The translations under genes and the position numbers were made by a program. Below the pieces are notes generated by a model, which worked only from the letters and a program-made list of their open reading frames with translations, made no database searches and was not told where the DNA came from. A DNA stretch of 64,000 nt from Anthoceros angustus (taxonomy: Eukaryota > Plantae > Anthocerotophyta), in NCBI GenBank assembly GCA_010909165.1, contig VJWM01000116.1, forward strand, positions 744,001 to 808,000, in the 5' to 3' direction. Below, piece after piece: positions 37,087-51,500 of this stretch. Every line of letters begins with the position of its first letter. Positions within the stretch are counted from its first letter, which is position 1.

Positions 37087-38838
37087 TGCGTTTGCCTTGA
37101 TTCCTTGAATCCTTGTTGCTGTCACGCTACAATCGCTCCTGAAGGTACCGTGTATCTCCAGAATGGATCGTCGGCTTCTGCACCACTTCACGAATTCCCA
37201 ACTGAATGCTTGCTCAGCGAGTGAAATGAGAGCCTGTTTGCTGGATCTGGATTTTGCGAAGGCCTGTTTCATGTGTGAGAGTGGTGAGAGTGTGGCAGCG
37301 TTTATGTAGTCTTGCAAAGCCCACCTTGTCAAACTCGTTCTGCCGGTGCCAGGAAAGTGGGCCCTGCTGCTCACTTCAAACCTGGGTGTGAAAGTCCGTC
37401 CCAGCGTAACGCGCATTGGGATCATCTGCCGATGGAATGGGTCTAACAAATTGCAAGTTGCAATTTGAACGTTGTAATTTGCAACGCGCCGGAAGCGGAG
37501 GCTTTCTCAGAACTGTTTCACTTTGCTTCCGGGCCGGCCGCCGGCTCCGGTCCCTTCCCGACTCCCGACTCGGTTCTTGGCCGGCCCGTTGGACGGCCGC
37601 GTTGCGTGCAATTCACTGAAGGTATCGGTGCAGGCAAGTGGAAGGTCCCAAACATTTCAGCAGCGCACTGCGCTGGGAGGGAACAGCAGACATGCCACTC
37701 CCTGCTCTGCGAACTTCTTCTCCCGAGCAGTGCTTCGGAATGAATTCTGAGAGCGGGGGCTTGCTCAGACCCTAGCGATTTCATGCGTGCAGCTGGGGAG
37801 ATGCATATGGCAGTGATCTTGCCAGAACTCCAGGCCTTCACTCCAGTTGTGGCTGTGACAGAGGCTGCAGATTGGATCCCTGAGATGCTACCATGCCCAG
37901 AGGGAAAGTATGTAGGACCCCGAGGGATACAAGCCTGCTAACAAACGGCAGCCTGTTGGATGTTGGATGGACAGCATCTTGCCTAGCCTGGATGCCCTCA
38001 GTAAGGTGCTGCCGATTTAGGTTGCCATCTACAGAGCTACACAAACCTAAGCCAGACAAGGTCAGGGCTACACAAACCTAAGCCAGATAAGGTAGGTTTT
38101 GAGAAGGTGGGAGGCGATGCAGACAGGTATCAACGCCGTCTCTTGGTGGGCTCTCTTAAAAACCATCTGAGCAAACATGCACTCCAAGGAGATGTCTTCG
38201 CTGGAGAGAGGGCTGCCATCAGGGCATAAGGCACACTCCTTTAGCCCTTTGTCCTCTCCTGCAGCAACCAACAGTCCATCCCGCCTGTCCGCGTTGGGAT
38301 CGTCTGCTAGTCAGAAACACTAGTCCTTTCACTTTAGGGAGAATGCCTGGGTCCTTCCAAAGCAAACTGAATACACCTCGCTGAGTCCGACGGGAAAAGT
38401 CATCTTCGGGAGTTTTGAATCGTCATAGCACGCTGGATATGTTCCCTGTCATCCTGTGCATGACATGTTATTATAGTCTTCAATGTCATGTGTTACGTAA
38501 CTGTCGCCGGGCGCAGACAAGGCCATTAGGTCGATAATCTGGTACCTCGTAACTGCAACCGAAGCTGAATAGGTCTTACGTCTGAAGGACAAGTGACATA
38601 AAAAATGGTCCATATAAGCTGCCAACATGAATTTTGAAGGCAAGCGGGTAGCTCTTCCCAGGCTACAATTGGAACACACTCGGCTAGAAAGGAGATGCCT
38701 GAACTGCACGATCTAGCGCAAACAATCTCGGGGTAGGGAAGAGTCAAAGCAGACCTGCAAATTCGGGGAAGCGAATTTCTCCAGCCAGGCAGACTCCAGG
38801 CTCTCGAACCTTCTTCGTGGCTGGTGACGAGAGCTTGG

Positions 38839-41800
38839 TCACTGGACGACAGGAACTCCGATGCAGAGTACGGTGGGATCGGCACCGGAGCCCCCACAGG
38901 GTGTAGGAACGGGGCTGGAGATGGCAATTCTCCTGGACCTCGCTTTCCCTGCAACCCCATCCGGGAGGGTCCTGGAGGTCCTGATGCGCGGGGGCTTGAT
39001 ACGCTGGCCAGGGGAGCATCGGAGGGCCGAGAGGGCCCAGACTGGTGCAGGGACGTGCTTGTGCAGCTGCTGCCTCTGAGACCTCCTGCCCGGGCCCAGG
39101 TGCTGCGAGCTGGGACTTGCCCTCCACCTCACGGCCGCCCGGTAGCATTGAGATGCCAACAACGACCGGTACCCCACGCTCTCTGCCCAGATCCTCTGCT
39201 GCGGAGCCGGGGTTGCAGTTGGGGGGCTTGTGGGTGTTTCGTTGCTGCCCTCGGGCTTGACCTGATCTGGGACAAAAACACTTTGCTGCTGCAGTCCAGG
39301 CTTAAGAATGGATTGCACCCTGGTCTTGACGCCTGCCAGGGTAGGGCCAAGGACCGAGTGGAATACAGGTCGGAATGCCACCTGCGAGAAAAGTTGGGGG
39401 AGCAAGGGTTAGTCCGGGTTGATGTGCTAGGCAAGAAGGTTGCATGCACATCAAGCACAGCCAGCAGACTGCAGTACCTGCGACAGCAGACTGAGGGAAG
39501 CGAATACAGTTGGGAATGGCGGGAGTTTTGGGGCGGCAGCATCTTGGCTGCTACGGCAAGTGGTTGGCTTGGCTCTCATCATGTCTGGGTCAATCATGGC
39601 CACCTTGCCAAAGCTCCTGGGCTTCTTGTCATCGTCGTCATCCTCGGCCTCTTCCTCATCAGCCTCCACATCTTTAACTTCGTCCCTGGGCGGTTTCTTG
39701 TCATCGCTGCTTGCCTCCTTGTCAGCCGACGATTCTTCGACACTCTCGGGCTGATCCACGGGACTCCCGTCCTCTACTTCGTTGACTGATGGTTCTTCGT
39801 CATCAAGAAGCATGAGCTCCAACTTCTCATCCTGAGCTAAAGCTTTCAGCCTATCCACTTCCATGTTCTCGTATACCTTCTGCAGGAACTCCGCGTCTTC
39901 ACGAAGATATTTCCGAGCCCTCAATTCAGCCTGCTTTTTCCATTTCTCTCTTCGCTTCCTGTCTTCCTCCTCCCACTGTTTCTGTTTCTTTTCCTTTTCG
40001 GTGAGCTCCCGCTCAGGAGCCCCTTCACCGTCACCTTCTTCTTCCCCTTCCCCTTCTTCATCAAACCCAAGAGGCAGGGGAATTGCATCTTCTGGTATGA
40101 CCTGGTTATCGTCTCTAATGGGCTGTAAGAAGAAGCGCAGATTACCGTCAGGGTCAGTCGCCCAATTGATAATCTGGCCGGTGGGAACATGAAGTAAAAC
40201 CTCCCCTTGGAGGCTTTCCTTGGCCCTTTCAAGGTTTTCAGGATCGTACCCCAACGCAGATGAGGGTTCATTGGTAAGTACCACAAATTCATCATCTGGG
40301 TGAAAACACACACAAAGAAGATTGGCACTGTCAGAAGAATAGACCTGCAAAAAGTTTCTGATCTGCACCCAGACCAGCTGTGGTACTCACTCTTAGACCA
40401 CTGGTGTTCAAGCTCAGCAGGCATAGGGATCCTCAGAGGGGACTTGATGAAAGAGTTCAGCCACATCTGCCGCTCCTGATCAACATCTTCCACATAAGTC
40501 TTCCACAGCTCAGGAATCTGCGTGAACACCAGATGCCGTTTTAGAGTTTTGTCACAGCTTGGCCTCCACTAGCAACGGCCCAGCATGTGTTTGCATCATC
40601 TGATGTAAAGCCAAAGAAGGTACCAACTTTGTAGTACTCATTAATAAAGCCTGGAGCCATCCAGAGATCCTCCTCTTCGTACATGTACGGATGCTGAGGG
40701 TCATTATACGGTCCCTTAACTTCCCTCACCACTACAAGCAACCACCCACACATTTTGTCAATTTTACTAACACAATTTCAGTTAGAGATTAACAGGAGTA
40801 GCCAGAAACAGTACGAAAGTACATACTTCCATCAGGCTTATTCACGAACATCCTAGCTTTTGCAGCCGCTACCTCAGCCAGTGATGCATGTATCTGAAAG
40901 AAAAACCATGAGCACACTATCCCAAAATCGTTCATAGAAACACGTGTGCTCCCCAGGTAAAAGAAAACAAAAGCAGCCAATCAAGAGAAAAAACTCACCG
41001 CTGACATCTCCGCTGTGCACTCTTCAACATCCGGAAGAAGATCCCCGAAATAAAATTTCCCCTGCAGGAAAGGATCAAAGTATGAACAACTAACTTTACA
41101 GTAACTCAGCAGGACTTGCCATAAATCGACAAGCGCAGCCGGTTCAACAAGTGCATAGGCCTAAAAACCTCAACCCATTATCTACTTCAGGGAACAGACC
41201 CAGATCTGTCGACTATTGAGTGTATAAACACCACATCCATGCATACGATTATGCTTCCACTGCCCTGCATACTTATAGTGGCCCTTCTCTCTGCACACAA
41301 ACGCTTGTCTCAGCAGCCACACCAAAAACAAGTCTCACTGAACAATGAGTGGAGTAAGTTTGCACATATTGCTATATGATGTCAACACCAGCATGAAAAT
41401 CTGACTTAAACCGAAACAACAATGTAAATTGCACAATCTAGTGCAGCTTTCGGCTGTGGAGGGAAACCTGCACAGAGCCCCTTCCCCAGGAACTCTTCTC
41501 ACGCCACTCATAATCCAACAGAAATCCTGTCTCGAAAGGATAGGAAGATAGAGTACACTCACGGTTTCTGTCCATAGAGCTTCACCCAATTTTCATCTTC
41601 TTCCAATGGAGGGGTCTTCAGGACCTCCGGATAAATTTCAAATGTATCTTCAATGTCCATCTTCAACCACTCTCTGTCCTCAGGGGGCATAAAATCTGCT
41701 GCAAGAATGTAACCTTCCTCCCTCATCTTCTTCTCCAGTCTGAATCGAAAAGCCCAAACCCGTCAGTATATTCAGCAAATCGAAATTCCTAAAAAACTGG

Positions 41801-43087
41801 ACAGAACACTTCCACGTCCTGAAAACGATGGATCAATATGACATTATTACTTACTCAGAGTCTGGAGGAGGATTCATTGTTGGAACATCCACTTGCAGCA
41901 CACCATGACCTTGCATCATATTCTGAAACCACTCGCCTTCATATCTTTACATGCGACCCCTCACATTAATGCACAACGAGCTTTGCACAAAACAAACTAC
42001 TTGACTGAAACAACAAACTGTCAGGCTGGCCACACACAGTTAAATGCAACATCACCACCACAAAAACAGCTTACTTGCAAAGCTCAAGTGGAGTTGTGTA
42101 CACTCCTTTTCCGTGAGCAAGATCATCCCAAACTGTTCCTTCATATCTGCAAAAGAGCACGCACATCCATGGTTGTGAGAAACTGAGCACGGTGCTTCTG
42201 GTTATACTAACCTCCAGCATGTCACCCACATGTGGATAAGCTGCTGCATTTTAAAGGAGGAGGTCAACGAGGAACAACGAGGCTCTAAAAAACTTACGAT
42301 GACCCATCCGCAAAGACGTAACTGACCCACACCAGGAACTCTTCCATTCTCTCCAGCTCCTCGACCACATCCTGAGGAGTTTCAATGTCCGGATGGTCCT
42401 CCGGGATAAGAGGATAAAACTTCCTGTACGGCACATAGTAGGGCCTTCTGACTGGAGCCCGACCTTCCTTTTCCAGCTTAGCAATCAACTCCTCATCTTC
42501 CTCCGCAAGTTCAGGATCACGACCCACAGTGTCATCTGCGGGGGAAGGATCAGCCCACTCTTCCCCGAGGTCTGCCTCCTGGAAACAGGAAATGCAACCC
42601 TCAGTCAGCAAGCAAAACCGTGCTCTTCCAACCAAAGGTCCTTCCTCTCAAGACAAGTCAACCCAAAACGACGAAAAACAGAGAATGCGCACTGCTACAG
42701 AAAGGAAAATCACCGCACCGTCCAGCCCTCCTCGTCCTTCGGGAAGTCCCATAGCTCTTCCTCTTCCACGACCTCGTGCTCACTCTCCTCCTCCACATTA
42801 GCCCGTTTCCTGTCCTTCTTCGCCTCTGCGGCAGCCTTCACACCGGCCACGTCTCCCTCCTCCTCCTCCTCCTCGTCATCCTCATCCTCGTCTTCATCCT
42901 CGTCGTCGTCGCCATCCTCTGTCCATTGCACCTGCAGAGGCCCCTTGTTCTCGGTGCCTTCGGCCTCGATCACCTTCCCCCTGAAATTAGGAATCTCGGT
43001 GCCGCCACTCTTCTTCGCCCGCTCCTGGCCATTCGCCTCCTGCTCATCATCATCGTCCAGGACGATGGGTTCCTCTTCCTTCGCCAT
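38839..43087 (-). CDS. TIC100: TIC100/EMB1211, MORN-repeat chloroplast 1-MDa TIC complex subunit, multi-exon
   Basis: Acidic N-terminus; WVSYVFADGSS|YEGTVWDDLAHGKGVY..|YEGEWFQNMMQGHGV; DREWLKMDIED; AKARMFVNKPDG; GPYNDPQHPYMYEEEDLWMAPGFINEYY; MWLNSFIKSPLRIPMPAELE. The last exon ends at 38839. Confidence 0.9.
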
Positions 43088-45218
43088 GGCCCGGCCCTGA
43101 CTGCTTCAGTCCTCAGAATCCTACTAGAGCATCACCAAGTCCGAGCAGGCTCTCAGCCCCTCATGACCCAGCTCCTCCCTCTGAATGCGCCCACCCCGCA
43201 GCTCAGCACTCTATTCACCGTCCTACTTAAGAATTCCTAGCAGGGCCAGGAAAGGCCCCTCACACTACTCCCGGTCCAGGACATCGCACAACCGATTTGT
43301 CAAAATTTGAGTGCTTGATCCCCCGAGGAGCAAAAGCCTCGCATTGAAAAGGTGATCGGATGGCCCCCCTACAGCCACAATGCGTGGCCACATTCGGTAG
43401 GGGATACCAGGAATTCGGCAGGGTTTTAGATGGGAAGGGTTTAAGGCTGCTGCGGCATGGGGCCGTTGGATAATGGATAGACGGTTTTTCTCCGACCGGC
43501 CACATCTAATCAGAATTATTAGGGGGCCTCCAAGTTGGATTATTATGTCCTCCTTCAGCATACCCCTTCGTTGCCTAGAGGACTCTTAGTGATCATTGGT
43601 TTATACAAATTCCCAGTGTTAGCAGCTGCCTTGTTGGAACCATCTCGCAGGATATATATGGGCTAGAGCAAGGGCTTAGAGGTATTATTCTACATTACAT
43701 TCTACTCTATGCCTTGGGTTGGGAGAGATGTGAAGTTCTAGACTAGAGCCTAGCTAGAGAGTTTGTCATTGAGTCAAGTGCAAGAGCCGAAAGGGCATAG
43801 ATAGCATACTGTGTATCAAGAGCATTGCATAACGCCTTTAGGAGATAGTTTGTGAGTTATTACTTGACCATTTTGATTTTTGATGTCAGAAATTGCGCAT
43901 GCACTAGGACACGAGTGAATGTGTGCGCTAGGGCAGAAGGAAATCGGCGAAGTCTTAAGTCGCTGCGAAGCCTATTGCATTTGTCGCTTCTTTGCTGGTT
44001 GCATGATGAGGGGTATTACTTGAAAATTTCGAGGACTTTCGTGCTTCCAAGGGGCCTGCATGCTCATCTCTAATGCGATGGCTGCATGAGCGCAGGTGGA
44101 GTTATTCTAGCCAAGCCTTGGTGCAAAAGTGTTTTGTAATTTAAAAGATATGTACGCTCGAGGAGAAGTACAAGAATGGGAGGACAAATTCTTTGCTGGT
44201 GGATATGTCATATGTAGCAGGTCTACGGTAGGGAGTGAATTACAAATGGTTCCCTCCGGAAGGAGCTACCAAAATGAGCTATCGCTATGTTGAAGATCAG
44301 GGGTGATGGAAAGTTAGATGGAAGTGGGTGCCGGTGAACGAGATCAAAGATTTGAAGTAAGAGTCCTTCGCGATAATTATATTTGGGTTGTTTTCTGCAT
44401 TGCGCAAAATCTACTTGAATACATCGGAATTATTATTATTCTTGTACCGATTGTCGCAGGAGAAGACCTACCCCAGATTGTGCGATAATCTCAAGTGCTT
44501 CAACAGTTTGTGAAAAAGGTGAACCAACTAGCAAGAACTCCAAGGATAAGTATAAGAAGAAGAAAACTATTATTATTTGGCACTCCGAATTTTCATCTCC
44601 CTTTCTAGCTAGTGCATTTGTATAAGGTAACAAGACTATTAAAGGCCGACGAGTTGTCCCATCGTGGTAAATTTGCCTTTGTGGTATGCACCAGCAACTA
44701 GCTCATGGTGAACAATGAGAAAATTAACTTGGACAAAATATAGGAAAGAAGACAAAAAAGGTTTGAACCCACCAGTGCCTCAAGAAAAAGCCCAGCAATG
44801 CTTCAAAAACGCTAGGAGGCTTGCAAAGTGCTAAAGGCAAAATTTCTACAAGAGGAGGAGAAGAGCAAACTAACTAATATCTATCCTATATAACTTTATA
44901 GCAAACGAAATACCTTTGCTATAGAGGTTCTCTTGTTTTATAGCAATTTTAACCTATAGCATTCTTTAATTCTAACTATAGTAAAATATCAACAACAAAG
45001 TTAAAAGAGAAGGAGGTGAAAAACTAAAAACCAAGAAACTTCCAAAGCAAGCTTGCCCCACAGTAAAAGAAGATAAAAATATTACAATCTTCACATCATA
45101 AGAACAATTACAGCGGCCTAGTCCTTGCGCGCCAGCATATAACTTTCCGCAGAACTGTAGACAGTCCAAGAAAAGGCTACACTCCTCCAACTTGCTTCAG
45201 CACACAACTTCCCCAACA

Positions 45219-46983
45219 AACATGATAATTTTTGAAGGGGGTGAATAATCTCGAAGGGGGTTTTCCGCAAATAATCTCTCAAGGGGGTTTTTGATGGGCC
45301 CTAAAATAGCGTTTTGAAGGCATTGCGAAAACATCCGAAAAAGGTGTCACCGGTAAAGTTACTACTTTCCATCCAAAGAATGTTGTGTCGAATGGTGGTA
45401 TGACTCGAACCTAGGGAATAATGCAAAGTAGGAGCGGTGAGGAAGGTCGTTCTAGGAAGGGACGATCAAACTCAATTTTGGGAGGAAAATGTGGTTTTGG
45501 TATGACACCACAAAAGCCACAGACGGTATTTCCTAACACAATAACATCGACAACTGGACTTACAACATTAACTCGGGACCCGGAAAAACGAGATTTCGTT
45601 TCACTCATCCCGAGTTCAATCCTTCGTCATCACTTGGTCCACTTCTCCATATTGTCATCACTATCTTTAGCGGCACTTTGACTCGCGGGTTGTATGAAGC
45701 CACGCAACTCATGAGCTTATCCCTTATCGCTTTTTGTCCACCGCATACAGATGTTTCGGAGGTACCTCTACACTCTACCGACAGATCTTGGCTCGATTTG
45801 GACATTTGCTTCTAAGGTTAGCCTTCATTCCAAGGTTGCTTCTAAGGTTAGCCTCGAATTTTCGATGGAAGTGCCACGTGAAGTGCGTGGAAGGAGGGCC
45901 ACAATGGGCATGCGGAGGGAGGCGCCGGCCGGTCGGCGCCCTCCTATCCGCCACCACCCGTCGGGCATACGGCTAGTGGTGCGAGGAGGCGCGGGCGGCG
46001 CGCCTCCACGCCACCCGTCGGTGGGCCCTACGGGTGGTGTTTGAGGCGCCGGCCGGCGGCGCCCTCGCTGGCGCGCACCACCGTTTGCCACCCTGTGGTT
46101 CACAGTAGGGAGGCGCCGGCCCACGCCTCCTCATATCTTTAAGAAAATGAATATTTAGCGGCTCAATTCATTTGCAACTTGGGACCATTGGTCAAGTGTT
46201 TGGGAATTGGTGTCAAGTGTTTGGGAATTGGTGTAGTAATGAATAGGTTCCATGTTCAAAACCCATGTCTTTGTGATAACTCAAATTTGTTGATTTTAAG
46301 GATGCTTGCATGGGCGCATGGGCAACTAACTTTGTTCATTTTAAGGATGGCATTGCCTTAAAGCCCAAGTGGTTGCATTGAGTGCCGAAGGTTGAAGACC
46401 ACGGTGGCGACCTTGTGGATGAGGGTCGGCCACCTAGATGTTGTGTGGGTCGCCGTCGAGCTGGGCCCAAGAATGATACTATTGAAGACGAGCAAGCAAT
46501 GGAGGAGCGACAACTTTGAGGCGGACGATATGGACCGCCTCGAATATGGCGATGGTACTTGACTCGGTTTGGCGCAAGGCATGGATGAGTCGCCAGCCGC
46601 ACTCTTCAATGGCTATTATCGATCTTGATGACCACTTCCTCCTTTAGATTGTTTGTTGCAATGTTCTCACGACCGCGAGACTCCGCTAGTACATGATTGT
46701 TTTCATTGTGTTCCACCACTTGAAAGTAAAAGTTTTCGGTTGTAATAAACATATGAAAATAGCAGCCCTCTATGCATTCTACTAAAGCATAACGGGCCCA
46801 CACCCCACCGTGCTCAGGGTGTAGACTTGAAAGTGCATCTTTTATCAAAGGTATGACCTCGGAGAAAGGGTGTGCGCATTATCAAAGTAGGCGGATATGT
46901 TGTTCTAGGAAAGGTGTTCTTCGTGACAAGGGTCTTTGTCTCGTAGGGGGTTACTATATTCCCCCTTCAAAAATTATCATGTT
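45219..46983. mobile_element. Non-autonomous TIR element bounded by a 23-bp perfect inverted repeat
   Basis: aacatgataatttttgaaggggg (45219-45241) pairs with cccccttcaaaaattatcatgtt (46961-46983). No TSD identified. Confidence 0.55.
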
Positions 46984-46985
46984 AG

Positions 46986-47423
46986 GAGCTATTGGTACAC
47001 ACAAGTAATAAGGCACATAACACGAGGCGACGCAAATGGTTTTGCCTTGGCATCCCATATGTGCAAATAAAACTAGATCACACCGCCATTGTGCACGAAA
47101 CCTCCTTTCTCTCAATCCGGGCCCCTTGAGTCCATCCAGAGACGGGCGCTGCACCCAAGCACGGAAATGGATAGCAAGTAAGGGTCTTTGATGTTTGAAA
47201 CAAAACTAATCCCGCATAAGTGTACCACGCACAACATAGGGACGGCGTGTAAGGGAGTGGGCGTCAACGAGCGCGATAAGTCATGCCCAACGGTAACGTG
47301 TGCGGGATGGTGTGGACATGCGCAGGTGCAGTGGGCACGGCCCATGACATATGGGATGCCAAGGCAAAACCATTTTGCGCCGCCTCGTGATATGTGCCTC
47401 ATTACCGTGTGTACCAATAGCTC
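46986..47423. mobile_element. MITE with ~77-bp imperfect TIRs (GAG...CTC termini)
   Basis: gagctattggtacac...ggcatcccatatgt (46986-47062) is the reverse complement of acatatgggatgcc...gtaccaatagctc (47348-47423). Confidence 0.75.
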
Positions 47424-48589
47424 GGAAAAAGAGGTGGCCCGCTTGCATCCCGCTATATTTGCGGACCTTGAGAGCTCCCGGCAGTACCAACTGGACGGTT
47501 AGTGATGACTGAGGAGATGGTGTCTCGTGTAGGATCGGTAACCACCACATCTCGCCACAAACACGGTCGCCACGGACAGTGCCGATTGAGCGACCTATGA
47601 GAGTATACACCACTCCCCTAGGCCATGTATCCGCCGCGTGACGGCCGAACATGACATCGCGGATGGTGTCGTGAGTGGCAATGCGATGACCCGTGGGGAC
47701 AACGAGCAAGGTGTACCCGAATCATCGAGGCGAGCCACACTGCAAGTAAGGAGCGAAGAAGCTACAGCCGGAGCAGCCAAGACGGAATCGCATCGCAGAG
47801 TGAAGGTGGTTGGTGCAATGTGAAACCCCATATGCGGTGGGCGGCCAAGAGCTGCCCTTCCCAAAACAAGAGCGGAGCCGCTCTTTGTGGACACAGGGAT
47901 GGAGGGTCTTGAAGGAGACTAGAAAGCTCGCCGTTGCTTTGAGCGGGGATGCTTGCAACCCCGAAGAGATGCAACCCCGAAACCATTAGTAACCACTCTT
48001 TAGCAAATCCATCCAATTGGACAAAGAGATTGTTATCATTTCATATTACGAATGTGTTTCATGGGGTGGTAGCATGGTTTGGTGGTACACTTTAGTACCA
48101 TATGGCTTGGTACACTTGGTTACTTTGAAAAGGATAGAGAGATGTGAGAGGGTGACTTTAAGTTTTCATTAAAATAATATTTCAATATATGTTAGTTTCA
48201 CTTTTATATACTTTTACGTTTGCTATTATTTACTTTAACTTACTTTACTTTTACTTCAGATCTCTGTTTTATCCGGTGGTAAGTCAACCCGCCGCTTACC
48301 CCAATTTCGGCCTTACGCGTGGGTGCACTCTCGCTATTGCCATCGCGGGCTCAGTGTTGAGTTGATCCTTCGCCCGCCCTGAGACAGCCTGGATGCAATC
48401 TCCTGCACTTGCTCGCCCACATCCGGCCGACAGTCGCACACACTCCGCGGGCTCAGAAGTTCGCGTGCTCGAGCTCTGGTTGTTGTAATCAACCCTTTGT
48501 GCTGCATTGTGAGCTATGTGGGGCTTCTTATAGGAGCCCTCCCTTCCTTCTGCGAGCGGGCTCCCCACATGCAAGATCGAGCTGCGGCT

Positions 48590-51500
48590 GGAATCAGCAG
48601 TTTTGTTTGTGCGATTTTGAAGGTAATGTGCCTTGTGTGTGCAATGTTTTGCGGCTTCGAGGCTTGCTTTACGCTCTTGTGTGCACATGTGCAGTGCAGA
48701 TGTGAGATGCGTGAGTGAGGTCTTGGCCTTGGAGTGGGTGGCGTGCGGCTTCTCATTGTCTGTGGTGTCATCAAGAACTTGAGCTTAACGGTCTTGTGTG
48801 GACATGTGCATGCTCTAGGGCGTGAGGTCCGGGCGTGTGAGGGTGCTCCGGTGGGTGCCGAGGTGCGCTCCTTTGATCATTCCTTGTGTTCAATGTCACG
48901 TGAAGGACTTGAGCCTAATGCTCTTGTGTGCACATGTGCGGTGTGAGATCTGTGTGAGGTGCTGGCCTTGGAGTGGGTGCGGCGCGGCTTCTCATTGTCT
49001 GTGGTGTCATCAAGAACTTGAGCCGGCTTAACGGTCTTGTGTGGACATGTGCATGCTCTAGGTGGTCTTTGGGCGTGTGAGGGTGCTCCATCTGTGCAGT
49101 GCGGCTCCTTTGATCATTCCGTGTGTTCAATGTCACGTGAAGGACTTGAGCTGAGTAATGCTCTTGTGTGCACATGTGCGTGATCCGGGCCGTGAGATGT
49201 TGTGCGTGAGGTGCTGGCCTTGGAGTGGGTGCCGAGGTGCGGCTTCTCCTTGTCTATGGTGTCCAAGAACTTGAGCCGCTTAACGGTCTTGTGTGGACAT
49301 GTGCATGCTCTAGGGCTGTGAGGTCTTTGGGCGTGTGAGGGTGCTCTAGTGGGTGCAGTGCGGCTCCTTTGATCATTCCTTGTGTGCAATGTTACGTGAA
49401 GGACTTGAGCTAATGCTCTTGTGTGCACATGTGCAGTGCTAGGCTTGTGAGGTGGTGGCATTGTGATTTTGTTGGAGTGGGTGCCGAGGTGCGCTTCTCC
49501 TTGTGTCTTGATCTTTGGAGTGAAGAACTTGAGCCTGCTGCGGTCTTGTGTGCACATGTGCGGTTTGTGAGGTCTTTGGGCGTGTGAGGGTGCCTTGGAG
49601 TGGGTGCCGAGGTGCGGCTCCTTTGATCATTCCTTGTGTTCAATGTCACGAAGAACTTGAGCGCTTAATGCAAATGTGTGCACATGTGCGGTATCAGAGT
49701 GGTGGAGGTGCTCGGTGTTGGAGTGACATGGCTTCCTCGATGAGGAGGAGACATTAGGCATCTCAAGGAATCAAAAGCGTGCCCTCAAAAACATGTTGAG
49801 CCGCTCACGGTGTGAGTCGAGCCTTGGAGGCGGTGCCAAAGTGGAAGCGTTCACTGGTCTTGGCATGAAGGAGACTACAACTTGCGGGTGGAAGGAGTGG
49901 ATGTTCGCCAAAGCAAGTTGCAGCAAGGTTTGAGGAGGCGTGGCCGGGACGTGCTTACCCTCGGTTTGGGGTAACAGAATGTAATGATGCTTATGGGTGG
50001 AAGGGATCGGATAAGTCGGACAAGGAGTGGAGAAACATCGACGACTTGGTTTTCAAGATATCTGACAAGCGAGTTAGTCTTGGGGAAGATCCCTAGGTTG
50101 ATGGCCATTGGCATCCTTGTTGAGAAAAAGTTGCAGTGCTGGTTGGTGGCCTATGCAAAAACTAATGAGGTAAAGGCCTCCAAGCACAAGAAATGTGAGG
50201 ACATGGAGAAGGATAAGAAAGTGCACAAGGAGAAGGAGACCCTGGATCACATGGCCCTATGGCGAGGTCACAGAGCAAGGGAAGGGCAAGAAGGCAGTTG
50301 GGCGTGTCCTCGGACTCGAGGACAGTGATGAGGTTAGACAGTGGCCGGTGGAGAGCAAGACCCAAATGAGGACTTGCATGCACGGGAGCGTGAGCAAGAA
50401 TGTACTCCCGAAGAGGAGGTTGATGTCATAGCTGCGGCTGAGGAGGACAGAAACCATGAAGTTCCCGGAGCAGAGGATGTAGAATCAGAGACAGGTGCAA
50501 TGTCACGTGGGTTTTTCTTTCGTTTTAGATTTCCTGCGGTTTAAGATTCACTGTGAGTGCTACCCTTAGGTTATGTGCTTTGCTTAGGACCTGCAGGACC
50601 TGCAGGACCTGCCTTGAGCCCAACTGCTCATTTGGAAGGGTTTGTTCCCTGGTTTTCGCATCCATCACGTTTAACAGGTTCGAGCTTGATTTATGTGATC
50701 TTGCTCTTATTGATTACATAGAGGGAGCAACAAGCTTGACAAGTTCTTTGCTGGTCTTGACTTAGCCTCGATCTTGTAAAGTTCACTTACTGCTAAGCGT
50801 ATCTTTGTTTGTCGATTTGAAGGTAATGTGCCTTGTGTGTGGCAATCGGTGTTTTGCGGCTTCGAGGCTTGCTTTACGCTCTTGTGTGCACATGTCACGA
50901 ATGCGTGAGATCTTGTCGCGTGAGGTCTTGGCCTTGGAGTGGGTGCCGGTGCGGCTTCTCATTGTCTGTGGTGTCCACGAAGAACTTGAGCCGCGGTCTT
51001 GTGTGGACATGTGCATGCTCTAGTGTGAGGTCTTTGGGCGTGTGAGGGTGCTCTAGTGGGTGCCGAGGTGCGGCTCCTTTGATCATTCCTTGTGTTCAAT
51101 GTCACGTGAAGGACTTGAGCACGAATAATGCTCTTGTGTGCACATGTGCTAGGCTTGTGAGGTGGTGGCATTGTGATTTTGTTGGAGTGGGTGCGGCGTG
51201 CGGCTTCTCCTTGTGTCTTGTGTGAAGAACTTGAGCACCGCGGTCTTGTGTGGACATGTGCATGCTCTAGGGTGAGGTCTTTGGGCGTGTGAGGGTGCTC
51301 TAGTGGGTGCCGGTGCGGCTCCTTTGATCATTCCGTGTGTTCAATGTCACGGTGAAGGACTTGAGCACGAATAATGCTCTTGTGTGCACATGTGCGGATG
51401 CGTGAGATCTTGTCGCGTGAGGGTGCTGGCCTTGGAGTGGGTGCGTGCGGCTTCTCCTTGTCTATGGTGTCCACGAAGAACTTGAGCACGAATAATGCTC

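Noticed and set aside
37087-37449. N-terminal extension of the 264-aa DUF26 ORF
   Set aside because: The signal peptide and paralogue alignment place the start at 37086; the extension overlaps the promoter.
38824-39789. 321-aa plus-strand ORF (and 42393-43100)
   Set aside because: Antisense shadows of GC-rich TIC100 exons.
43600-45200. Possible gene or retroelement coding region
   Set aside because: Only short ORFs with no recognisable motifs; probably decayed TE DNA that cannot be classified by eye.
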